From Saccostrea cucullata (Eukaryota), in assembly GCF_032062105.1 (NCBI RefSeq), contig NW_026928121.1:186001-250000 (forward strand): a DNA stretch of 64,000 nucleotides, written 5' to 3'. The stretch's first letter is position 1; each line of letters begins with the position of its first letter. Below, one piece after another: positions 53,330-64,000 of this stretch. Position numbers and translations under genes: made by a program. The notes under the pieces are model-generated. The model was not told the origin of the DNA and ran no database searches. It worked only from the letters and a program-made list of their open reading frames with translations.

Positions 53330-55535
53330 TGATTGGAACGTCACAAAAGACTAGCAAGCTTAACAGAATTTTAGTTTCGAATTATGATAAAAATCCTTAC
53401 AAACAAAGATAAATACATGTAGCAAAATCCAGTAAAAGTTAAAAAAAAGTCTCTTTCTTTACTCGTCACAAAGACATTAACCGTAATGAAAGAGAAACTT
53501 CAAGAATACTTTTTAACAATATATTCGAGAATTAGTGTAAATGAGATGTGGATACCATAAAATTCCAAGGAACTTTTGGAACAATTGAAATCACAAAATT
53601 TAAGCAAAATCGATAGCTTAAAAACATACGACTTTTCAACTTTACGAGCTCGAGGGTTGTTCGAAAAGTTCGTGGACAACTGTCATGTCTTTTTTTGACG
53701 TCATATGTTACTCAAATTTGGTAGAAATGTTTTAACAGTAAATCTAAATGATTTGTATTAATTTTTTTCAAAATATTACGATTTATTTAAAACTTATCTA
53801 GATTTTAAAAATGCAAAAATCGGATAGCGGAGCAGGTCAAAATTTAGTAAGTTACAAACAAAACACTTAATAATGTCTGAAGTCATATTCTCTGTGAAAT
53901 GGAGCAAAAACGAAAAGCAACCTAGAAATTCAAATTAAGAATTGTTACATCGATTCGTGTAAAAAATTATGTCTTTATATTTTGCTTTGTTGAAAAGCAA
54001 TCGACTTGGGAAGAAAAGTAGTCCTTATTGAAAACGACAAAAACGATGACGTTCTAGAACGTCACGGAGCGGCAGATAACGATGCAGTTTTGTGTTTTTC
54101 TTCGGAAAAATCCTGAATAAACACTAATAAAGTTGGAGGAATCGAGAAATATGTCACAAGCGAGCTGTGCATGTGTGGACAAATACTACAGGCAGTATTT
54201 CAGTGACAGAGACTCAGTATCGGATGAGGAAAATCTGTGAAGAAACGGTTTAACTTTAAAAATCTGAACAAAAACTTTGAAAAGTTGGAACCTCAAGAAA
54301 AGACATGGGCACTTCAGAGTTGCTTATCCCGTGAAAGCAGAGTTTAAGTAATAAAAGCAATCAAAACCTTAATAAAGGAAATTATACAACGAGAGCAATT
54401 CTTAAAAAATAAATTTCAAATATTACAAAAAGGATTTAATGAATGAACATTGGATTATACCCTGTGAAATGTATAGGGATAGTATTTTTAGAAATTCTTG
54501 ACGCTATGTTTTGACGTTTCATTGCCGTTAAGTGTGCTCCGCGGGTACAAAACATGTTGATTTTAAACTGAAGTAAATTGATTTCTGTTAAATCGAATGA
54601 AATGCAACTTCACACATCAACAAAACAAATATTTTAACATATTAGATTGTACTAATTTTAAATTTCTAGTGAGTAATATAAATTAGACTGACGTCGTCCA
54701 CGAACGTTTCGAACAACCCTCGTATACACAACCATTCCCCACGATGAATTAAAGTGCAGGCTTTTTGATATCATTGAAAGCTGCTTTTTTCAATAAAAAT
54801 GGAACTCGTTAATTTACCAACCTTGTCAATGCAAAATTATTTTGTTAAAAACATTCTGATTGTACACACAAATTCTCTGAAGTTGACATCAAAAAGATGC
54901 TTCAGTTTCTGATTGACTATATCTATTTTATTTTTGGAGACCAGGTCTTCCAACAATCTAATGGTATCAATTGCGCAACGTTAATAGAAGACCTTTTTTT
55001 GTATTCATATGAAGCAGAATTTGTCAAAAATCTTATTTGTGAAAAGAAGAAAACATTTGCTGCGGCCTTCAAATCGATATTTAGATATATCGACGACGTA
55101 TTGTCAATAAACAATAGTTATTTCCATTCTTATGACGATACGATGGTGAGCTTGAGATAAAAGATACCACAGAGTCTGACACATCTGTTTCATACTTGGA
55201 TATTTCACTTGAGGGAGACATTAATGGCAGTCTAACAACTAAGCACTATGATAAACGTGATGACTTTAACTTTTCAATCGTCAGCTTCCCTTACTTAGGC
55301 AGCAATATACCTTGATCACCTGCATACGGCGTTTATATATCTCAGTTGATTCGATACGCAAGGGCATGCTGAACGTATGTACAATTTCATGATTACTGAC
55401 AAGCGAGTTGATGAAACAAGAATATCAGCAGTTCCATTTAAAATCATCATTTCGTAAGTTCTATGTCGATAAAATGATCTTGTCAGCAAATACAATTTAT
55501 CATTGAGTCAAATGCTGATTGACGTTTTTCATATC
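53330..55535 (+). pseudogene. Decayed Penelope-like (Naiad-type) reverse transcriptase, longest copy
   Basis: Frameshifted motifs KNPYKQR, KTYDFSTLYTTIPH, FQQS-GINCA-LIEDLFLYSYEAEF, FRYIDDVLSINN, YDKRDDFNF, YGVYISQLIRYARA; sister copies show the ORF ending VFHTxC* without a C-terminal GIY-YIG. Confidence 0.85.
53645..54722 (+). mobile_element. Mariner-derived non-autonomous element inside the retroelement RT
   Basis: TIR CGAGGGTTGTTCGAAAAGTTCGTGGAC / GTCCACGAACGTTTCGAACAACCCTCG; TA duplication splits FSTL|YTTIPH; internal decayed HTH-like frame ERQITMQFCVFLRKNPE*TL near 54065. Confidence 0.88.
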
Positions 55536-58500
55536 AGGCACGTAGCAACGGGGGGGGGGGGGGGGGACTGCCCCCCTCCCCCACTTTTTCCCAACATTAC
55601 CTTTACTATTGAAAATGTTCATTGAAAGGTTGTTTGCCCCCCCCCCTCCCAACCACACACACACACTTCTCATCACAGTAAAGTGATATCAAGGAAATGT
55701 AGTAATGTATGCCAAAAAATTGGAAGTGAAAGAAAGTTGGCATTGAAAAAGTTGGCCAAGAACATACAAATTACCGTTTTCTGAGAAATTGAAGGCAATC
55801 TGGATACATTTTCTTTGTCCTAAATGGAAAAAAAAACTTCCCTATTTATGACTAGTTTTCTTAATTTTTCATTGGAAATTACAGTTTAAAATATGATTTT
55901 TCATCTTGTTTACCTACAAACTATGCCCCGAAACATCTTTTTGACCAAGCTAAAATTATAAAGCATCATTAAACATGTTAAAGGAATTTATTTCTTAAAT
56001 TTGACATATCTGTAGGCACCTTTAATTTACTAAGATCTTGCCCATAATATATTTATCAATGAAAATCATTTATTCATATATATGACACTCAATGTGTTTA
56101 TTTCATTTATAATTTATATGAGCACAAAATTTTAATTCGCGTTAATATTGAATTTTTATATACACTGTAATTATTGTTCTGTATTATTTACATTTGTATT
56201 GTTATTTCACAAAATCTCTTAGTTTCTTGTTTGTTAAATTTTTTTCAGATTTTATATTCGTCATGTCAACAAACTACGGAATTTTTGTGTACAAAATGTG
56301 CATTCGGAACAGACACTTGGGTTATAAAGTAAAGCATCATCAATATATTAAATATTTCATTTAATTGGTCAGCGTTGTTCAAGGATAATGATATTGATAT
56401 TAGTCAAGCTTAACGACTCGGGATTCTTTTGAACAGGAATTATGAAATGTGGATTTCTAAATCAAATTAGAGTAACCAAACACAGTTAAATCATCTTTAT
56501 ATCAATCATATATATTAATTTTGAGATCTCAAGATAATATTATTATTTTTTTATTTTATATTCAAAGATGGAACAACTTGACCACGATTAATGAAAATAT
56601 TAAGAACCATTCTCTGTAATGATTTGAAATTTTATATAGGAGCTGTGGCACACATAGTCTCAGAATTTCTCTAAACTCTCTATGATAAAAGTCATTGATA
56701 CCCTATACTGAAAACAAAAATTGGTTGCTATGTTTAATATACCATGGCAACATGTCTTAAATCGAAAAATGGCATTTTTTAAATCATAGTTAACATATTG
56801 GCAATGACTGTTTCTAAAAGTTGAAGGTCACATGTCTCAAATGCATGATAAATATGTTTGGTAAATCAATTATTACATACGTTACTATGGTAACAAAGTA
56901 ATCAAAAGTTAAAAAAAATATTCATTTAATTTTATAAAGTCATACATGTAAAAATAAAAATCAATTATAGGATGAAATGTGACCAAATAATAGAAAAAAG
57001 AGCCTTGAAACATATACCAAGAACAAAATATGATATTTCATTTTGGTTGGCAATGGTTGCCAAGGTTTTTATACCACAGAAAGCCTTCAAAGTAACACTC
57101 TGAATGTTTAATCTGATCCTATCTTTTAAAAAAAAGCACATTTCCTCATAACTAATGATCAATTTTATAAGATGTTGGTGTGCTCCAAGTTTTCCAATTT
57201 GAAAGAATTCAGATTAGATTCTTTAAATTGAGCGTTGCTATGGAAATAAGCAGAAAATATATGCTTAAAAACCTGAAAAATATTTTCTTTCCTTGGATAC
57301 GTATCCTTAAAAGTAGATTCCCAAAACTTTTATGATTTATATTTATTATCAGCTAACTTGACTTTTAATTTTGACTATCATCCAATCTCTAAGTGGATGC
57401 AAGAAGATGGCACACATGGTTTAATATTGATATAAAGTTCACAAAATTGAACATTTTCCCTTCTTGGTAACCATAGCAACAGTGTTGATTTATTCATAAA
57501 ATTTTATCAATATATGATATTCAACTTCTGTTCTTAAGTACTATTCAAGCTGAGTCCTTTGATTTGTTTCTTGATTAAATGGCAATTTAATTCTTAATGC
57601 AGCGAAAAATAATTCACTTTTAAGCACTGGTACTTTGTTTCCATTGTAACACTGCAAAGCAGCAAGTATACCCAATTTTTCTTATGGTTTTGGTGTTGCA
57701 AGGTCCTAAGGATGCATATTTGTCAGTCTTGAATTTTCATGTTTTTCCTCAAGACAGTAGCATTAACCCAATCTTAGTTACTGGTTTTGCATGGTTACAC
57801 TGTGTTACCATGGCAACCATAAAAGTTATTTATAGAATAATATTGCTTATACTTATATACTTAAGGTCAAACATTTTCATAGTGTTTCTTAAGTCGTTGA
57901 TTGACATGTTACACCTACCAACGGAGTGTTTTTAAGCATATTTCAGCAGTTTAAATGTATTCCAAATGTACCCTTGGTTACCACTTATAAGAGATATATT
58001 CTAAACAGTTTTTTACAGTATAAGTGACATCAAGGTGTCTTGTTTTTGTGAGAATGGTTTGTTGGCTTTTTCTAGTTTTTATTAAGCCACAGTCAAGATT
58101 TAAAGTGGCTGAAAATCTCGATTTTTCAAACTTTTCCGGCTGTTGCCATGACACATAGCAACAAAAATATTTTAAATTGTGAAACTGTTGTAAGTTAATC
58201 ATGTTTTACTTTTCAGGATGTTTCGTTAAATTCTTCAAATTTATTGTTGTTTGTTCTGAGTTGCAGTTTCTGCACAGTACTGTACACGTTTTAATTCGTT
58301 TTTCCTTTTGATTAAAGCGAGAAAACAGAAACTTAGTTCAAATTAACCGAACCAATTTCAATGTAGTTTACCCCTCCTCAGCCACTTGATCGGCCAATTT
58401 GCAAAACCAATCACAAAAACCAAGAATATGTTAACAAACAAACACCATTGACATGCATATGTTAAAATTTCCAAAGAAATATCCAACACTTAACAAGAGT

Positions 58501-60659
58501 CACCTTTTTAATTGTAATTTTCTCAGCCTGAGACTAGAAATTCTCATTAGCGCATGGTAGGCAATAATTATTGACATCTGACATGAATTGACCATCAGAA
58601 ACAATATAAGGAGCATTTTAAAAATAACCTTCACCGTATTCAAAATTAGTCTGCAACCAAGAGAAAGGGGATTTCCCATTTGTTTTCCTCTCAGAGCAAG
58701 AGCATATATGTTATACTGATCGCATCTGCAGCATATTTTTTCCTACCAAAATGGGGGAATCCCCTTGTGTGTTTTTCTCAAAGCTATTACTGTTATTTTG
58801 AAATTTGACTGGGCTTCAGCCTTGAACTAGTTTTCTTCTATACATAATTCTGGAAGTTTTTCACAGGAAAAAAAAACATCATGGTATGCATGCTCAGGTA
58901 CTTGTTTCTGTAATACATTTTCAACCCATAGTATAAAACAATAATGCTACGACATTTATATGTTTTAAAAATTATAACAGAAAAAAGTGTGTGTATGGCA
59001 GAAATTTTGCTTACAATGGGAAAAGAATTGAACATGTTGAAAGAATAAACATGAGAAATATATTAATATGTCCTAGTGCCAATTCAAGCAGTCTAATTGC
59101 ATGCAATTGTTTTTATGGAAAGTTAAAACAGAAGGTGAAGAGCACTTCACACATTATAAGTATGGATACTTCCGGTAGAGATTAAATATGACATGGAATG
59201 CAGTCAATTAAGTCGGTTTTAGAGACTGTACTCAAATTAACATATATTTATATACATGTATGTTGAATACACTTCATTCTGTGAATGTATAACCTACTTA
59301 TAATGTTAAGATCAATATCAATGTGTTTGTCACCGTATGTCTTTTTTCCCGTCTGCAGCTCCAAACTTTAAAATATTTTAATGATATAAATTAATTTTAA
59401 CTTTGAAAAAAACTTTTGAATGTCTTCTTGTATTCTTTGCATATGTTACATGCAGCTGTGCACTAAATGAAACTGTACTCTTCCCTTATCTTGAAGGTTT
59501 ATTACAGTTGTCAATATATATTTAACTTTTAAATAGTTCATGCTATGTACCAGATTTCTTTTTTATATATATAAAAAATACAGATTTTTTGGAATCTAAG
59601 TGTGCAGTATTTTTAAAGACAAAACAAAAATTCTCCCACCCAGTTAAGATATTCATGCTTTCAATACGATTTAATTTTCGTTATTATACTATACATGTAA
59701 GAAAGAAATGTTCAAAAAGATCAAAGTACAATTGTATGCTACAACTTGTTGTTTCAAGGAACAAGACCTCGTTATGTATTTATCACGAAAATCAAAAAAA
59801 TTACAGGAAGTTATTAATTGGGGAAAAAGTTTGAAAGTGGTGTAGGCATTACGAAATAAATATTTCGAAACTTTCTTCATAAGTGTAAGGAGCAAAAACA
59901 AGATGTCTTAATTTCTGTTATTGAAATATTTATAGCATTAGGTAAATGCTTTATTTGATAAATATAAAGCATTAAAAAACGAAGAAAAAAACGATTGCAA
60001 AATAAGCTAATAGAAGATTTTTTTAAAGACAAAATGTAGAGAAAAAAATGGAATTTCATAAATCAAGTAGAAATAGAGAAAACGGTGAAGTGTGTTTGTT
60101 CAATTTATTGCATGTCGAGTATTAACTTTCTGTAAAAGTATCGATAGACTTCAAATTAATTGGTGCTTGTAAGAATACACCTTCCTCTAGCTTCGAACGA
60201 TCTCAAATCAAACATTTTCTATTTTTGCAATGGTTTTCTAGTCAATCATATTACGCCATTTATATGCAATCAAAACGCAAAAAGAAGAAAAAAGTACTCT
60301 AGTTTTTATTCCTTTCTTAGACGATTTTTTAAAAGTACAATTTATTAAAGACTTTTATAAATTCAAAAAAGAAACGTTTCTATCTTTAAAATACCTTTCA
60401 ATAGATATAAAAAAAAAATCATAATGAAAAATAAGAGAAAAATATTGTACAAAGATAATCTTAGCTTCTGGCTTGGTATGGGGAAAATTTGACATCAAAC
60501 AAAAAAAAAATAAATTCAAAAAAATTCTACAGCAAATTTCGAAATAAAATTCAAGGAGTTATTTTCTTTTCGTAATCTTTAGCCTGGTACATTTCGCAAT
60601 TTTTTTGACTATGCATTCTGCAGATTATGATGATCAGTGCATTAAAAACAAAACAAAAT

Positions 60660-61452
60660 GATTTTTAATATTCTTCGTCCTTTGCTCAGAAGATTGCATA
60701 TATCTATGAATGTATTCATATAAAGCAGATCGAATTTGTTCAAAATCTTATACATGAGAAGAAATCTCGACATTTAGATATATGTAAGACGCATTATCAA
60801 TAAACTATAATTATTCCATCAAATGTCGAAATGCTATATCCCACTGAGCTTGAAGATTATTTGAAGATAGCACTAAGAAACTTTTTGACACATTTGTTTC
60901 ACATACATTGTATGGTTATTTCACTATAGAAAAAGACATTAATGATACCTTAACAACAACGCTTTATGATAAACGTGATGACTTCAACTTTTCAATCGTC
61001 GACTTTCCTTCTTTATGGAGCAATATATCCTATTCATCCGAATATGAAGTTTATGTTTCTCAGTTGATTCGTTAGGCACAAGCATGACAAAAAAGGTGTG
61101 TAACAAGAATACAGGAACAAAAACAGTCTCTCTTCAAGTCGTCAATTTACAAGTTCTATGGTTGATACAATGACAATTCAATTTATCCTTGGGTCAAATG
61201 CTGACTGACGTTTTTCATACTAATAGTTAGGCCATTATTTACACGTACAGTAGTCTGTGCCCCCCCCCCCCCGGTTTTTCCTGATCATGACAAGGAGCTC
61301 ACAGCTGGTGTAACCGGACACCAAGGGGGATATTCACTCCTCCACGGCACCTGATCCCACCTATGGAATACATGTTTTCACTGCTCTTGATTTGCGTTGT
61401 TTGAGTGTACTCTTGAAATTAATCTGAATACTTTTCGTTATCTCCATATTTC
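60660..61452 (+). mobile_element. Penelope-like RT and 3' fragment
   Basis: Collinear with 54990-55535 and carries the shared 3' module. Confidence 0.8.
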
Positions 61453-61911
61453 GTTCTTTTAAGGTCAAGATCTATTGAAATATTCAGAATCATCGCCTAC
61501 TACCTCTATGCTCTATGACACCGTGATATTTTAGTCTGATATGAGAGTTCAAGCAAAAAGTAAAATATCTTGTGTGTAATATTTTAGGTTGAAGAAAACA
61601 GATCTTCGCAAATCTGCGGCTATGCCCAAGCCCAAGTCATAACGAACCCAAAGACATCAGAAACCTCTAAGTGTCAACGTTCAATGAAACTTCTATACCT
61701 TTTTTTATGATTCACCTCATTTTAAATATAAATGACACACAGACCTTAAATTTCAGGGGGTTACTGGTATATACGCCGTTTATCGAAACGTTTCTGTAAT
61801 GTAACAGGTAAAAGTAAGCTTTTGTACACTTCGTTAGATTGAAATGTTACTGGTCATGATATTTAAATACGTGTAGATGAACACTGGATTTTAATATTCC
61901 AAGATACATAC

Positions 61912-61974
61912 CTGACTTAAACATAAACAGAAGGTGGTGAAAATCAAGCACAAAATAAATAATCCTGTTGACAT
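61912..61974 (-). CDS. ITIH: ITIH-like exon 1 (signal peptide)
   Basis: caaaATG...CAG|gtatgt; MSTGLFILCLIFTTFCLCLSQ hydrophobic leader, phase 0 matches exon 2. Confidence 0.8.
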
Positions 61975-62984
61975 TTTGTTGAAAAAAACGAGTTCAATGT
62001 CCACAAAAAAAGGTGTTTACGGCCAATGTCGAATATATTTCTCTCTTCAGTCTCGCTTGAGTTTTCCCCGAATTCCTTCTATATTAAATGTCAATCTTTG
62101 AGTAAAATGTCAGAACAATCATTTGGATGATTATTTTACATCCTCATCAGATGCATCAATGCATCTTTAAGCTTGCAGACTTCGCTATTTATTGTGCGAC
62201 GCGATGGGGTCGTCTGCTCGCGGCGGCTTACAAACATTCCCCAAATGCAGGAAGGCACATTATGGGACGCATAATAGCCACCTGTTTAAAGATTCAGTCC
62301 TTCCTTACTCGATAATGCACAGATTTGATTATCTTTATACCCAGAGAGGAAGACAAGATAAGCTTCGAGATATCAACTAAATTTTCGTCTAATGTGTTTA
62401 AATCTGACGACATGATAAATTCGAAGATAAAGATTTTATTTTGGTTGATTGGGTTTTAATTGGAAGAGTCGTGTATTCTTGTAATGATAAGAAGTTTATA
62501 TTATTTCATATAATTTGTAATGAAATAATTCTGCACTTGGTTTAGTAGGCAGAATTTTTTCTTATATATACATGTAGTGAAAAAAATTATCAATGTCCTA
62601 CCAAATGTCACCTTACTTTTTTTTTTTTATTACAAACATTTATCTAAAATTTTTACTTTTAAAATTGTGAGATTTTTTTTTGGAAAAAGACATAATTTTA
62701 AACGAAATAAAAATGTTCTTATGATTACAAGTTTACATTATATGAATAAAAAGTATTTTAAAATCTATAACACATTTATGCATGTTCATGTATGGCGCAA
62801 TTCTATGTATATTTAAGAAAAAACTATGTATATACATGATTTCTTTTTCAAATTTGAGAAAAATTATGTTATCTTTTTTTGTTTTGTTTTAAATTTCTGT
62901 AAGCATTTAAAAATTTCATGATATCGATGTCAGTTACTTGGTAATTGTATCCTTTGATCTGTTTCAAATAAAAATGATTGACGT

Positions 62985-63518
62985 CTTGTCGTCTGCAGTG
63001 GTTACTAGTAGAGTATTTGCTGTAGAGTCGTGCAGTAAGTATTAATACCTTCATCGCCTGCATACGGGGTTTATATCTGTTAGTTGATTTGATATGTGAG
63101 ATCGTGTTCTACGTATGAACAATTTCTAATACGAGATAAGTTATTGACAAAGAAGTTGATGAATCAAGAATATCAGCATCTCGTTTAAAGACATTATTTT
63201 TGTAAGTTCTATTGTCAAAAAATAACACTGTCATCAAAATTAATACAATCTATCATTATGTCAAATGCTGACTGACATTTTTCATTCTAATTATTAGGCC
63301 ATTATATATACAAAATGAATTGTCGGCGGATTTTCCCATTATTTCGCGATTTGACAAGGAGCACACGGCGGGTGTGACTGGTCTGCAGGGGATGCTCACT
63401 ACTCCATGACACCTGATCCACCCTTTGATATTTCATATGTATACGTGTTTGCACTGCCCTGTATTGTTAATGGACTTTTGAGCTTGAAAACTTCTTTTTT
63501 CCCCAATTTTTTTCATCC
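62985..63518 (+). mobile_element. Penelope-like RT end and 3' fragment
   Basis: CCTGCATACGGGGTTTATATC through the shared 3' module. Confidence 0.8.
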
Positions 63519-64000
63519 TTACATTGCGGGTTCAAATTCTTCCATTATGGGACATGAACTGAAGATGTAGATGTTTCGCTATTTTGTTAGGAATGTTATA
63601 CTACTTTGAATGATTACAAGAGCCGTATCCTATATGTAGGTGCATACTTTGGCATACACAACATCTATTTGGTATGGCAATATATGTAATGTATACGCCA
63701 ATAAACGTACTTACTTTAATATCTGTACCTTAAACAGTTATCTCTTTAAAGCATGAAATTAGTAACTGATATATATCAAATGCATTTATGAAATTTTTTT
63801 TTATTTTAATAGCAAATTTTGTATGCATATTTTTTTTATCTATCAAAGGTTCCAAATTAAACCAATTATAATAAATTTCTCTATGTTTTCACATAATCAA
63901 TTAGGTAACTGGTATTTTTTTTGAAACTTTAACTGTGCAAAAGTTTTTTTTTTAATTATCTGTACATGTACATGTCATAAATAAAAACATTTTATATTAC

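Noticed and set aside
53330-55535. Active or selenocysteine-recoded retroelement ORF
   Set aside because: Stops include TAA and there are frameshifts and a MITE insertion; this is ordinary decay with no consistent in-frame TGA pattern.
55536-55660. G/C-run element end (CAGGCACGTAGCAAC-G16) and G-quadruplex candidate
   Set aside because: Looks like one end of a DNA transposon that truncates the retroelement, but no matching other end or target duplication was found, so it could not be delimited.

Overview
AT-rich eukaryotic genomic DNA, most likely a bivalve mollusc (oyster-like, inferred from the repeat families). Two spliced genes converge tail-to-tail. (1) On +, the last four coding exons of a Shal/Kv4 (KCND) voltage-gated K+ channel (22516-36701); the large T1-S5 exon lies upstream of the window, so 1-22515 is intron. 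(2) On -, a complete 12-exon inter-alpha-trypsin inhibitor heavy chain (ITIH)-like gene (61974-39314; 2658 nt, 885 aa: signal peptide, VIT, vWA with intact MIDAS, Gly-rich linker, GDPH site, C-terminal domain). All exons were assembled by hand with GT-AG sites and consistent phases. The non-coding DNA holds about 18 decayed pieces of one Penelope-like (probably Naiad-type) retroelement, three Helentron/pearl-type elements carrying satellites, and several TA- and TTAA-site MITEs. Most notable: a 1.65-kb 24-bp minisatellite grown out of the retroelement's stop-codon region; a foldable RNA module at the retroelement 3' end; tandem copies of an ITIH exon end with its splice donor; a G12-SY-G6 tether directly before the ITIH autocleavage site; and many TACATGTA footprints. 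No prokaryotic systems, CRISPR arrays, rRNA or tRNA genes were seen. Repeat boundaries are approximate and family names are from recognition, not database searches.
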